DNA of 64,000 nucleotides, taken from NCBI GenBank assembly GCA_021816965.1, contig JAKAWU010000001.1, positions 22,259 through 86,258 on the forward strand, given 5' to 3'. The notes under the pieces are model-generated. The model was not told where the DNA came from. It ran no database searches and was given only the letters and a program-made list of their open reading frames with translations. How positions within the stretch are numbered: the stretch's first letter is position 1; the number at the start of each line of letters is the position of its first letter. Positions 49,466 to 59,583 of this stretch are shown piece after piece. This DNA is from Thermoplasmata archaeon (GTDB lineage: Archaea > Thermoplasmatota > Thermoplasmata > Thermoplasmatales > Thermoplasmataceae). A program made the translations under genes and the position numbers.

Positions 49466-50867
49466 ATGATTCTTCCTTTCTGTCATTATAATTGTAGTCG
49501 AAGAGCAGGCATGATACAAAGTGATCTTTTCGAGGTTCCATGAGTTTCGGTGTATCTGGTTCGATTATGGCCAGTCTTAGTTCCCCAGTTTCCTGATAAG
49601 ATATGTCACCAATTGCAGAGAATTTCACACCACCTTTCTTTGAGGATTCTTTCATAATCATTTTTGCTATTTCAGCTTTCACTTCTTCTTTGTCGAAAGT
49701 CTGCCCTTCAGCAAATATGAGATCTATTATATTTTCTTGCTCATCAGAGACTATTTCTGTTATTTCGGGAAGAGTTGATGCCTCCTGATTCCTGTAGGGG
49801 TCAAGCATATCCTTTATTGGCTCTACCAAGTCCCTGGCAGACCAACCACAATTCTTCATAGCTACTGGGCATCTTGGATGGAAATAGCATCCCTTTGGAG
49901 GGTTTGCAGGGCTCGGTATTTCTCCCTCAAGAACTATTCTTTCCCTAGTGATTGTAGGATCAGGGATAGGTATTGCTGAGAGAAGTGCTTTAGTGTATGG
50001 ATGGAGCATATCTGTGAAAAGTTCCTCAGTTTCAGAAAGTTCAACCAGTTTCCCAAGATACATGACAGCTACTCTGTCTGACATCATTCTTATAACGCTT
50101 AAATGATGGCTGATGAAAATGAATGAAATATTTCTTGTTTTCTGAAGATCCTTCAGTATGTTCAGAATCTGTGCCTGAACTGAGACATCTAGAGCTGAAG
50201 TTGGTTCATCAAGGATCATTAACCTTGGTTCGATGGAAATGGCTCTTGCAATGCCAAGTCTCTGTCTCTGCCCCCCACTGAATTCATGTGGGAATCTGTA
50301 AAGGTGATCCTCACTCATTCCGATTTCAGTGATTAGACTAATTTCCTTGTCTAAAATCTCGGTTTGATTCATTTCAGTTAACAATTTCATCGGTTCAGCA
50401 ATTGAGTCTTTTATGAGTTTCCTTGGATCAAGAGAAGAGAATGGATCCTGAAAAACGGGCTGCATAATTTTCCTGTATTTTTTCATTGCCCGGTTTCCTT
50501 TCTTTGTTATGGAGTGCTCTTTTGAAAGTACTTGATATCTATCAAGAAGTTGCGCGTATTCTTCATCATCCTCATCCTCAAGAGTGGAAAGCCTCTTATC
50601 AATATCCATAACTTCCATCATAACATCATCAGGCAGATCAATGAAAACATCTCCACTTGTGGGCTTTATCAACTGCAATATGCTCCTCCCCAATGTTGTT
50701 TTACCACACCCTGTTTCTCCCACTATACCGAGCGTTTCACCCTCTTTCAGGTTGAAAGTTACGTCATCAACCGCCTTGATATATCTCTTTTTCCTAAGTA
50801 TTGTTCCGCTTGTCTGGAAGAATTTTGATATGTGCGAAACATACAGAATTGTTTTTTCATCATTCAT
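49419..50867 (-). CDS. oppF: Oligopeptide ABC ATPase (OppF/DppF-type) with insertions
   Basis: GETGCGKT, FSGGQRQR, LDEPTSALDVSVQAQ, HPYT and GCYFHPRC. Confidence 0.93.
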   Translation of the reverse strand: MNDEKTILYVSHISKFFQTSGTILRKKRYIKAVDDVTFNLKEGETLGIVGETGCGKTTLGRSILQLIKPTSGDVFIDLPDDVMMEVMDIDKRLSTLEDEDDEEYAQLLDRYQVLSKEHSITKKGNRAMKKYRKIMQPVFQDPFSSLDPRKLIKDSIAEPMKLLTEMNQTEILDKEISLITEIGMSEDHLYRFPHEFSGGQRQRLGIARAISIEPRLMILDEPTSALDVSVQAQILNILKDLQKTRNISFIFISHHLSVIRMMSDRVAVMYLGKLVELSETEELFTDMLHPYTKALLSAIPIPDPTITRERIVLEGEIPSPANPPKGCYFHPRCPVAMKNCGWSARDLVEPIKDMLDPYRNQEASTLPEITEIVSDEQENIIDLIFAEGQTFDKEEVKAEIAKMIMKESSKKGGVKFSAIGDISYQETGELRLAIIEPDTPKLMEPRKDHFVSCLLFDYNYNDRKEESYGEAEGEEEKPSINL

Positions 50868-50869
50868 TT

Positions 50870-52438
50870 TTACTCCACCTCTGATTCATCTGAATACAGG
50901 AAACATGCAACCTTGTGATTTTTTGAGATTTCCACGAGCTTTGGTTTCTTCAGTGAGCATATATCCATCGCAAATTTGCATCTGGGATGGAACCTACATC
51001 CGCTTGGCGGAGTGATTAGGTTAGGAACTGTGCCCGGAATGGTTTCAAGCTTTAATTCCTTCTCCCTCTTCTTGTCAGCTCTTGGTACCGAACTCATAAG
51101 TCCCACAGTATATGGGTGTTTTGGATCGTTAAATGTTTCCACAGTGGATGCTTCTTCCACTATATTTCCTGCATACATTACTCCAACACGGTTACAAGTT
51201 TCAGCAATAACGGCAAGATCATGTGTTATGAAAAGAACAGCCATCCCTATAAGTTTGTTCAGATCTTTTATGATCTCAAGTATCTGAGCCTGCGTTGTTA
51301 CATCAAGTGCAGTTGTTGGCTCATCAGCAATTAACATATTTGGGTTAGATGCGAGTGCCATGGCAATCATTGCCCTTTGCTGCATTCCTCCTGATAATTC
51401 GTGAGGATAGGAATCTATAACTACCTCAGGTCCTGCAATATTCACAAGTGTGAGCAGTTCCATGGTTCTCCTCCTTGCCTCTTTCCTGTATTCTGCCATA
51501 TAGTGCTTGTATGCAAATCTCAGTTTCATTTTGAGATTGAAGAAGTTTCCACTTTCAATCCTTTTTAGTTTCCTGATTTCAGTCGTATATCTGTTGACTG
51601 CAGAAGTTTCTCCAGTTCTCTCAGCCTGCAACAGTTTGAGGGTCATCTGAAATATTTCTCTCTGAAGATCATAATACCCTTTTATTGTTTTTATATTTTC
51701 AATATTAATTCCAGATTTGTTTTCTCTGATCATGTTCAATATTTCAGTCTCTATATACTGTCTGTCATCAGAGGTCGTAAGGAGTGAAATTATACTTTCC
51801 TCGAATTCATGGATTGCATAGCTGGCTGTGAAGTTGTTAACCGTTTTTCTTTTAAGTGTATCATCATTGAGTGAATAATACTTCGTTATGAACTCATTGA
51901 CATCTCCTGATGAAATGTTTTCTCTCCTGATCATGCTTTCTGAAATTGAGGATATATTGTGAAGCATTATGACTTCCATGATCTGTTCCCCTATGCTCAT
52001 GGTCGGGTTAAGGGCAAGGAATGGTTCCTGGAATATCATCGATATTTTGTCCCCCCTTATATGTGATAGAACATTGTTGTGTCGCTTAAGAGCCCTCTTG
52101 TTTCTCTTAATTCTAACATCAGTTTCAGATTTTATTTTAATCCTGGCAAGAGTCTTGATATCTGATAAAATATTGAAATTGTCGATGAAAATTTCTCCTG
52201 ATACTACTCGTCCCGGAGGATCTGGAATGAGATCCATCACTGATGTTGAAGTTACACTTTTTCCACATCCACTTTCTCCAACAAGACCGTATATCTCTCC
52301 AGGATAAACCGAGAATGATACCCTGTCAAGTGCTTTTACAATTCCTCTTGCTGTAAAAAACTGTGTCACCAGATCCTTCACTTCAACATACGGCTTGATT
52401 TCCTGTGTTTTTTCAGATTTCGTTTCTTCTATGATCAA
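50870..52438 (-). CDS. oppD: Oligopeptide ABC ATPase (OppD/DppD-type) with a large insertion
   Basis: GESGCGKS, LSGGMQQR, ADEPTTALDVTTQAQ and GCRFHPRC. Confidence 0.93.
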   Translation of the reverse strand: MIIEETKSEKTQEIKPYVEVKDLVTQFFTARGIVKALDRVSFSVYPGEIYGLVGESGCGKSVTSTSVMDLIPDPPGRVVSGEIFIDNFNILSDIKTLARIKIKSETDVRIKRNKRALKRHNNVLSHIRGDKISMIFQEPFLALNPTMSIGEQIMEVIMLHNISSISESMIRRENISSGDVNEFITKYYSLNDDTLKRKTVNNFTASYAIHEFEESIISLLTTSDDRQYIETEILNMIRENKSGINIENIKTIKGYYDLQREIFQMTLKLLQAERTGETSAVNRYTTEIRKLKRIESGNFFNLKMKLRFAYKHYMAEYRKEARRRTMELLTLVNIAGPEVVIDSYPHELSGGMQQRAMIAMALASNPNMLIADEPTTALDVTTQAQILEIIKDLNKLIGMAVLFITHDLAVIAETCNRVGVMYAGNIVEEASTVETFNDPKHPYTVGLMSSVPRADKKREKELKLETIPGTVPNLITPPSGCRFHPRCKFAMDICSLKKPKLVEISKNHKVACFLYSDESEVE

Positions 52439-52442
52439 CCTA

Positions 52443-53444
52443 TTACCTCCTCATCTTTGGGTCCAGAACATCCCTCATACCATCACCGAATATATTAATT
52501 CCCACTGTGAATATCAGAAGGAAAACTCCCGGTATGAAAATTGGCCACCAATCACCTGTCACGAGATACGCTTGCCCTATTGTGATAAGGTTGCCAAGCT
52601 CTGGCGTATAACTGTTAATTTGTATAATGGCACCAAGCCCAAGAAATTCCAATGTCGCAAATACTAGAACTATACTACCAAGATCCAGTGAAATTTGAAC
52701 GAAAACTGGCGAAAGAACACCCGGAATTATATGAGTTACGACATTTCTAATTCTCGAGGAACCAGAAGCAACTGCTGCTTCAATGAACCTTGATGACTTC
52801 AATGAAAGTGTTATCGATCTGGTAAGCCTTGCATAAGTTGGCCACCATATTATGATCAACGCGAGTGCAACAAGGTTGAATCCATTTACAGGAACGTGAT
52901 CCTGAAGGAGAGAATATGAAAGTATTGTCGTAAAAGCTATTGCCATCACTAGGAAAGGTATGCTGTAGAATACATCAGTGATCCTCATCATGAGTTCATC
53001 CCAGAATCCACCAAAATACCCTGAGAATGTTCCTACAAAAATTCCAACTATTGCACCAGTAAGCACTATTACCAAACTGTAACCAAGATCAATTCTTAGT
53101 GATGCAAGTATAGCTGGAAACAATGGGTATGCTCCCACTGTAGTACCAAACCAGTAATGCCATCCGTTGGCAAATGTGGGAGGCGTTGGCAACTGCTCTC
53201 CAAGAGGGGTACCAGGGGGGAGAAGTTGTGGCAGCGAAGTGATGATGTTTGGCCCATATCCCAAGTATGCTGGATATATCACATCCAGAAGTGCTAATAT
53301 CATGTACGTCATGGTTATGACTAGACCCGTCATTGCTACCTTGTTCTTTATGATCAGTTTCAAAGTCTCGATCATATCCTCTACTTTTGGATGCCTTTTT
53401 CTCTGGACTGCACCTTTTTTAAATATACTGATTGTTGTCTGCAT
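52443..53444 (-). CDS. oppC: Oligopeptide ABC permease
   Basis: DELMMRITD, WPTYARLTRS and an EAA loop (FIEAAVASG). Confidence 0.93.
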   Translation of the reverse strand: MQTTISIFKKGAVQRKRHPKVEDMIETLKLIIKNKVAMTGLVITMTYMILALLDVIYPAYLGYGPNIITSLPQLLPPGTPLGEQLPTPPTFANGWHYWFGTTVGAYPLFPAILASLRIDLGYSLVIVLTGAIVGIFVGTFSGYFGGFWDELMMRITDVFYSIPFLVMAIAFTTILSYSLLQDHVPVNGFNLVALALIIIWWPTYARLTRSITLSLKSSRFIEAAVASGSSRIRNVVTHIIPGVLSPVFVQISLDLGSIVLVFATLEFLGLGAIIQINSYTPELGNLITIGQAYLVTGDWWPIFIPGVFLLIFTVGINIFGDGMRDVLDPKMRR

Positions 53445-53458
53445 TTTTATTCACCAAA

Positions 53459-54541
53459 TTAATATCTTATCCTTGGGTCAAGGAACGCATAAACCACATC
53501 CACTATGAGGTTTGTGAGCATAAGTATCAAGCCAAAGAACAGAATTGTTCCTGCTACCCCGTAAAACTGGATATTATTCCCAACTGTTCCGACGACCGCA
53601 GCAAGCGAGAGCCTCCCAAGTCCTTCTAACTTGAATATATCTTCAACTACTACTACACCGCCAAGAAGTCCGGCCACAAGCAATCCAATAACAGTTACTG
53701 AAGGAAGAAGGGCATTTTTTCTTATATGTTTTTTGAGAACCATCTTCTCCGGAACTCCCTTTGCTCTTGCGGTTTTTATATATTCCTGGTTTGCAGTATC
53801 CACCATTCCAGCCCTTATAAACCTGAGTAAACCCGCAAGAATGCTCATGCTGAGGGTTAGAACCGGAAGTATAAGATGTTCGAGAGCAACCAACGCAAGT
53901 GGGAAGTCACCGTGCAAGACAGAGTCTATAAATAACATGTGCGTAGGCTGTGAAACACCATTAACTATAAATCCAACCTGTTGGGTTGATGGATAACCCT
54001 GACCGGATATTGGAAGACCATAGGCACCCAGAGGCCCGATGTTTTTCCCAAAAACTAATTGAAGTACAAGTGCAAGCCAGAATATGGGCATTGCGAAGAA
54101 AATTAAGGAGAAAACTCTTCCAGTGGAATCGGCAACAGTGTTAGGTCTTGATCCTATAAATGTTCCAAGAGGTATTGCTATGAGAACAGAAACTATTACG
54201 GTAAAGATAGTGAGTTCAAGAGTAAATGGGAGATAATCTTCAATTCCAACAATAACTGGACCCGAATAAAAATTGGAATACATGTTTCCCAAGTTTCCAT
54301 GTAATATATCTACTATATAAATATAGAATTGCTCCGGTAATGGTTGACCAATTCCTAAAAGAGCGATTGCCTGTTGTTTTTCTATCGCCCTTTGTGCGGG
54401 AGAGGCGCGCTGGTTAACATAATTTGCAATGAGATCACTTACTGGAATCGCCCTAAGAAGTATAAAGGTCATTAGTAAAAGGCCAAGCGCCGTTGGGATT
54501 AGAATTAGTAACCTTCTAATTATGTAGTATTTCAACTCCAT
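53459..54541 (-). CDS. oppB: Oligopeptide ABC permease
   Basis: YIIRRLL, YIKTARAKG and LDPRIRY. Confidence 0.94.
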   Translation of the reverse strand: MELKYYIIRRLLILIPTALGLLLMTFILLRAIPVSDLIANYVNQRASPAQRAIEKQQAIALLGIGQPLPEQFYIYIVDILHGNLGNMYSNFYSGPVIVGIEDYLPFTLELTIFTVIVSVLIAIPLGTFIGSRPNTVADSTGRVFSLIFFAMPIFWLALVLQLVFGKNIGPLGAYGLPISGQGYPSTQQVGFIVNGVSQPTHMLFIDSVLHGDFPLALVALEHLILPVLTLSMSILAGLLRFIRAGMVDTANQEYIKTARAKGVPEKMVLKKHIRKNALLPSVTVIGLLVAGLLGGVVVVEDIFKLEGLGRLSLAAVVGTVGNNIQFYGVAGTILFFGLILMLTNLIVDVVYAFLDPRIRY

Positions 54542-54724
54542 GAGGAACCTGATAAAAAAAACAGTATATAAGATATTTGATTATGGTACAACCCTAATAT
54601 AAGGAAGTTCATTATTATTTTCATAAATCCTTCCAAACTCTGAGTTTTTGATTATTCTTCTCTATTATTGATAATCCTGAGAGATGACTTATAATATATA
54701 TGTGTATAATACACTGAGAATTGC

Positions 54725-55672
54725 ATGAAAACAATTAGCTCAGGTTCACCTTATGTTACAATAGAAAGAAGCCAGTGGAAAAGGATGCGTGAAAGAAAGA
54801 ACATTGAGCTAACAGAAGACCAATTGGATAAAATGAGAGGGTTGAACGAATTTCTTTCCATGCAGGAAGTGAGGGACATATATGCACCTCTCTCCAGACT
54901 TATCAAAGTATATTATGAAAATTATCTGCATTTGAATCGGAAAAGAAAAACATTTCTGGGGCTTGGAAACGAAAAAATACCATACATCATTGGAATGGCA
55001 GGAAGTGTTGCAGTTGGAAAAAGCACAACTGCAAGAATCATAAAGGAATTGGCATCCATGTGGCCCGAAAAACCATCTGTTTATATTGTTACCACAGATG
55101 GATTCCTATATTGCAACAGGGAACTTGAATCAAGGGGGATCATGTCAAGAAAAGGTTTTCCTGAAAGCTATGATCTGAAATCTATGATTAATTTCCTTTA
55201 TGGCGTTAAATCAGGAATCAAATCAATAGAAATACCTCAATATTCTCATCTGATTTATGATATAATTGAAGAAAAGAAACTTATAAAAGATCCAGACATA
55301 ATCATATTTGAAGGACTTAACGTGCTGCAGACTCATACCAAGAAGCTTTCTGCCATGGGACCAGATTTAATGGTCTCAGATTTCTTCGATTTCTCAATAT
55401 ATGTTGATGCAGAGGAGGAGATAATAAAGAAATGGTTCATGGAAAGATTCCTCAAGCTTAAGGCCACAGCCTTCAAAGACCCAAAATCATATTTCAGGAA
55501 ATATGCGGAAATAGATGATCAGGAGGCAATAGAACGTGCTTCATACATATGGGATGAGATTAACGGCAAGAATCTTAAGGAGAATATTATCGGAACAAAA
55601 TACCATGCAGAACTGATTATGGAAAAAACCACCAATCACATGGTGGAAAAGATTCTTCTCAGAAAAATCTAG
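54725..55672 (+). CDS. coaA: Type I (bacterial-type) pantothenate kinase
   Basis: GMAGSVAVGKSTTAR, TTDGFL, RKGFPESYD, YSHLIYD, EGLNVLQ and VSDFFDFSIYVDA. Confidence 0.96.
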   Translation: MKTISSGSPYVTIERSQWKRMRERKNIELTEDQLDKMRGLNEFLSMQEVRDIYAPLSRLIKVYYENYLHLNRKRKTFLGLGNEKIPYIIGMAGSVAVGKSTTARIIKELASMWPEKPSVYIVTTDGFLYCNRELESRGIMSRKGFPESYDLKSMINFLYGVKSGIKSIEIPQYSHLIYDIIEEKKLIKDPDIIIFEGLNVLQTHTKKLSAMGPDLMVSDFFDFSIYVDAEEEIIKKWFMERFLKLKATAFKDPKSYFRKYAEIDDQEAIERASYIWDEINGKNLKENIIGTKYHAELIMEKTTNHMVEKILLRKI

Positions 55673-55678
55673 GGATGA

Positions 55679-56338
55679 TTATCTTCTAACATATTTTGTG
55701 AACAGCCCGAATAGATTCGAAAATCCGTCTCCCCATGTATTCAATTTTGGCTTTGAAAGTCTTATTCCATAACGTACAGGAACCTCTATGAGCGTACCTC
55801 TCCTCAGGGCCTCGATCTTGATTTCCTGAGAAAATGACATTCCATCACTGAGTTCAGACATCTTTTTATAAATTTCACGCCTGAAAATCCACATTCCGCT
55901 CTGGGAGTCAAATAACCTGTAACCATAAAGAACTGAAATTGAAAAGTTCAGGATCTTGTTTCCTATCAGATGCAGATTTGTGTAGGAATTCTGTGATCTC
56001 AGAGTCATTCTATCGCAGGAAATAAAATCAACCTGATTTGCGTCCAAAATCTCTATGAGAGGTTTGATCACATTGCATGGATATGTTCCATCGCCATCAA
56101 GGCAAACAACAATATCTCCGGTACATTTCATAATTCCAGTCTTGTATGCACGCCCATATCCTCGCCTTGGCTCATCAACAATCGTAGCCCCCATGCTTTC
56201 AGCTATCTCTCGTGTTCTGTCAGTGGAATTAGTGTCAACAACGAAAACTTCCACTGGATTCAGATATTGAAGGGACTTTATTACATCCCCTATAGTTTTT
56301 TCCTCATTCATTGTGGGAATTACGACGCTGATACTCAT
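55679..56338 (-). CDS. Glycosyltransferase family 2 (polyprenol-phosphate glycosyltransferase-like)
   Basis: VIPTMNEE, GYGRA, LDGDGTY and DSQSG. Confidence 0.9.
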   Translation of the reverse strand: MSISVVIPTMNEEKTIGDVIKSLQYLNPVEVFVVDTNSTDRTREIAESMGATIVDEPRRGYGRAYKTGIMKCTGDIVVCLDGDGTYPCNVIKPLIEILDANQVDFISCDRMTLRSQNSYTNLHLIGNKILNFSISVLYGYRLFDSQSGMWIFRREIYKKMSELSDGMSFSQEIKIEALRRGTLIEVPVRYGIRLSKPKLNTWGDGFSNLFGLFTKYVRR

Positions 56339-56509
56339 ATTTGTTCCCCCGGGTATTCCATTACGTGATATTTAATCTTATAGAAAGTGCCATTTCCGGA
56401 TTGAAGTATTACAATCCTCAGTGAAAAACTTTACTGCCATATTCCTCACCGTTTGAAATATACAACAACCTGCAAAATCTGATTCAAGTCAAAACATGAG
56501 GAAACAAAG

Positions 56510-56630
56510 TGCGACAGCGAATCAAGTTTCCCGTACCCTCGCGGAATACAGTACTGGCAAGAAACGTAGCAGGCTTAACCGTCGGGTTCGGAATGAGACC
56601 GGGTGTGACCCTGCCACTATGGCCGTCGCA
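56510..56630 (-). rRNA. rrf: 5S rRNA (unlinked from 16S/23S)
   Basis: The minus strand reads TGCGACGGCCATAG...CACCCGGTCTCATTCCGAACCCG..GTTAAG...GCTGTCGCA. The ends pair and the length is about 121 nt. Confidence 0.96.
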
Positions 56631-56728
56631 ACCTGATATCGATATCTTGTACATTAACCTTATGAAATGTACACTTTTTAGTCAGTAAAATTTAGATAAG
56701 GCTATTATACAGATTTACATGATATTTT

Positions 56729-57187
56729 ATGACACTTAAGATTGGCGATAGGGCCCCGGTTTTCAGCTCAAAGTTTGAGGATGATACAGAATTCAGCCTG
56801 GAAGAGCACCTTGGCAAAAACAATATCGTGCTTTACTTCTACCCAAAGGATAATTCGTATGGATGCACCCGGGAGGCCTGCAGATTCCGGGATGAGATCG
56901 ATGACTTCAACAAGCTTGATGCAGTCATAGTAGGAGTCAACAGAGGAAGTGCAGAATCCCACAGAAAATTCGTTTCGGAGAGAAAACTTCCTTTCCACAT
57001 AATTGTTGATTCAGGTTCAATAATTTATAAGTTATATGATGTGAAATCAGGCATTATAGGTGAGAGAGTCACTTATGTAATAGACAGGAATGGAATCATA
57101 AGGCATGTATTCAATTCACAGACAAAGTTCAACCAGCATCCTGACGAGGCCAAGAAAGCGCTTGAAATGATTGAAAAAGGAAATTGA
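56729..57187 (+). CDS. bcp: Peroxiredoxin BCP/PrxQ
   Basis: LYFYPKDNSYGCTREACRFRD (CxxxxC) and RVTYVID. Confidence 0.93.
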   Translation: MTLKIGDRAPVFSSKFEDDTEFSLEEHLGKNNIVLYFYPKDNSYGCTREACRFRDEIDDFNKLDAVIVGVNRGSAESHRKFVSERKLPFHIIVDSGSIIYKLYDVKSGIIGERVTYVIDRNGIIRHVFNSQTKFNQHPDEAKKALEMIEKGN

Positions 57188-57189
57188 GA

Positions 57190-58656
57190 TTATTTTTTCA
57201 CATTGAATGCCTGGAGAACTGGATTGTTCAGGAAACCCTTTGTGCTCAGAATCTGATCAACACTCACTTCCCTGATCTGCTCCATGCTGTCCCTTTCCCT
57301 TATGGTTACTATATCCTTCTCAATTGTGTCATAATCAACTGTTATGCAGTATGGGGTTCCTATTTCATCCTGTCTCGCATATCTCCTGCCGATGGCCCCA
57401 CTGTCGTCATAGTATGCATATGGCTCAAGGATCTTCAGTTTTCCATAAATTTCCATGGCTTTTTCCTGCAACCCGTCTTTTTTCTGTAGAGGCAGGAGAG
57501 CCACAGGATAAGGTGCAATTTCAGGTTTGAGTTTCAGCACTGAATATCCGCTTTCTCTCTTATACATGGATGAAGCAAGTAGAGATGCTATGATCCTGTC
57601 AATCCCGCTGGCAGGCTCTATGACTCTTGCAAATCTTGTCCCGTCAATGTAAAGTTTTTCCCCTGAGGCCTCATGATGCCTTGAAAGATCATAAGTTCCC
57701 CTGTCAGAGATTCCGGTGATTTCAAGCCATGAGTCATTGATTTTAGCTTCCAGATCCCAGCAGTCTGATGAATAATGTGCCAGTTCATCCTTCCTGTGCT
57801 GCCTGAATCTCAGCCTCTTCCTGTCCATCCCGATCTCCATTGCAAATCTGTAAGTGATTTGGAGGAAGAATGCATGATCAGCAGATTTTATGATTTTTTT
57901 CTCAAGCGCATGTGGAAGCGTTGTGAAGTGATCCTTTCCATCCATGTCATGCATATGTATCTCCTCCTGCAGAGTGGGCGTGAATGCCCCATTCACATCA
58001 GGATCAAGGAAAACCTCAACCTCTGCCATGTTGAATTCCTTCTGTCTTATGATTGCCTGCCTTGGAGATATTTCATTCCTGTAACCTTTACCCTGCTGGA
58101 TAACAATCATTGGAAGCCTGTCCCTGTTGTAATTCTTAAGCAGCCTGAAGTTCACAAAAATTCCCTGCGCAGTTTCTGGTCTTGCATACATCCTCTCTCC
58201 CTGGTTGTCGATCATGAACATGAGATGATGCTCAAACGGCTCCCCAAGTTTCCCCCCACATCTGGTACATTTAAGATCCAGGCCATCCATAAGTTCCTTA
58301 GCCTCATCAACAGTCTGAGGAACTGCATCAATTCCTTTATCTGATAAAATTGATTCGATTTTGTATCTTGTCCTGCACTGTGTGCATGCCACTGCCATAT
58401 CGATGAATCTGTCCACGTGTCCAGATGCCTTGAGGACAGGATCAGGGGTCAGAGACGGTGTGTCGATCTCAATAGCCCCCAACCCCATATAGATGTCCTT
58501 CCATACCCTGTATACTCTTTCCTTAATAATGGAACCAAGGGGCCCGTAATCATAAAGTCCTGAAAACCCACCATATATTGAAAAAGACTGCCAGAAGAAC
58601 CCTCTCCTCTTTGCAAGTTCAATAAGATCTTCCATCTCACCCATCAGCATCAGCAA
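57190..58656 (-). CDS. glyS: Glycyl-tRNA synthetase (alpha2, archaeal/eukaryotic type)
   Basis: KRRGFFW, YDYGPLG, RPETAQGIF, RNEISPR, ELAHYS and IGRRYARQDEIGTP. The start may be a downstream Met. Confidence 0.97.
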   Translation of the reverse strand: MLMLMGEMEDLIELAKRRGFFWQSFSIYGGFSGLYDYGPLGSIIKERVYRVWKDIYMGLGAIEIDTPSLTPDPVLKASGHVDRFIDMAVACTQCRTRYKIESILSDKGIDAVPQTVDEAKELMDGLDLKCTRCGGKLGEPFEHHLMFMIDNQGERMYARPETAQGIFVNFRLLKNYNRDRLPMIVIQQGKGYRNEISPRQAIIRQKEFNMAEVEVFLDPDVNGAFTPTLQEEIHMHDMDGKDHFTTLPHALEKKIIKSADHAFFLQITYRFAMEIGMDRKRLRFRQHRKDELAHYSSDCWDLEAKINDSWLEITGISDRGTYDLSRHHEASGEKLYIDGTRFARVIEPASGIDRIIASLLASSMYKRESGYSVLKLKPEIAPYPVALLPLQKKDGLQEKAMEIYGKLKILEPYAYYDDSGAIGRRYARQDEIGTPYCITVDYDTIEKDIVTIRERDSMEQIREVSVDQILSTKGFLNNPVLQAFNVKK

Positions 58657-58704
58657 AGAAGTGAATCATTCGCATTATTTCATAATATCGAATTTCTATA
58701 TGAA

Positions 58705-59553
58705 TCATACATGCTTCTTGCTGAACACGGAAAGTATGTCTATATCCAGCAGGATGCCTTCCAGCCCGTTTCTTCCAGAAATGACAGGTAGCTGGTTGTA
58801 GTTTCCATCCCTCATCCTTCTTGCTGCGAACTGCAGTTTCTCGTTGAGGTGTGCAACAACAGGGTTATGAATTGTTATAGATTCAACTGTTTCGTCAGGA
58901 ATCTTTATCATGTTCTTCTCTATGAAATATGAGACAACATTCCTCACACCTTCCCATGACCATGGATCATCTTCGCTGAGCATCTGTGAATTTTCGCTTC
59001 TCACTAATCCAATCTCTATTCTGTCAAAGAAATCCCTGTCTGTAACCAGGCCCTTGAAATTTCCGGAGGAGTCCACCACAGGATATGTGAATATTCCAGT
59101 CATTTTCATTGTCTTGTAAATGACAGGCAAAGGTGTCTGTTCCCATATGGGAAACGTGATGGAATCCATCACTTCCTTCACCAGCACTGATCCATGGTCC
59201 TTCTCTATTGTCCTCAGGAAATCATGAGGTGTCAGGATTCCGCATACATGTTTATCACCGTCAAGGACAATCATGTGCCTGCGCCTTTCAAGCATCATCA
59301 ACCTTGCCGCTTCATCAATAGGCGTGTCCTGGAAGACCGTTCTCTGTTTCCTTGTGATCATGGAGGCCTGTGTCTCCTCAGGTCGTGAGAAAATATCCCT
59401 TCTTGTTATAACACCTGAATAATTTCCGGATGAGTCAATCACAGGCATTCCTGTTATCTTGTTTTTAATCAGAACATTCACCGCATTTGAAACGGTTCCC
59501 GGTATACTGAAGGTTATGGGGTCTGTGGTCATTATGGAACTTACGGTCTCCAT
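58705..59553 (-). CDS. CBS-domain protein (four CBS repeats)
   Basis: Repeated PV...GxIT/D CBS motifs. The start at METVSSIM is preferred. Confidence 0.9.
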   Translation of the reverse strand: METVSSIMTTDPITFSIPGTVSNAVNVLIKNKITGMPVIDSSGNYSGVITRRDIFSRPEETQASMITRKQRTVFQDTPIDEAARLMMLERRRHMIVLDGDKHVCGILTPHDFLRTIEKDHGSVLVKEVMDSITFPIWEQTPLPVIYKTMKMTGIFTYPVVDSSGNFKGLVTDRDFFDRIEIGLVRSENSQMLSEDDPWSWEGVRNVVSYFIEKNMIKIPDETVESITIHNPVVAHLNEKLQFAARRMRDGNYNQLPVISGRNGLEGILLDIDILSVFSKKHV

Positions 59554-59583
59554 ATATGAACATGTGAAATACATTTAATAATT

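Noticed and set aside
51493-51958. Intein in OppD
   Set aside because: There is no N-terminal Cys/Ser block A, no C-terminal HN-C/S/T and no LAGLIDADG motif. The insert looks helical.
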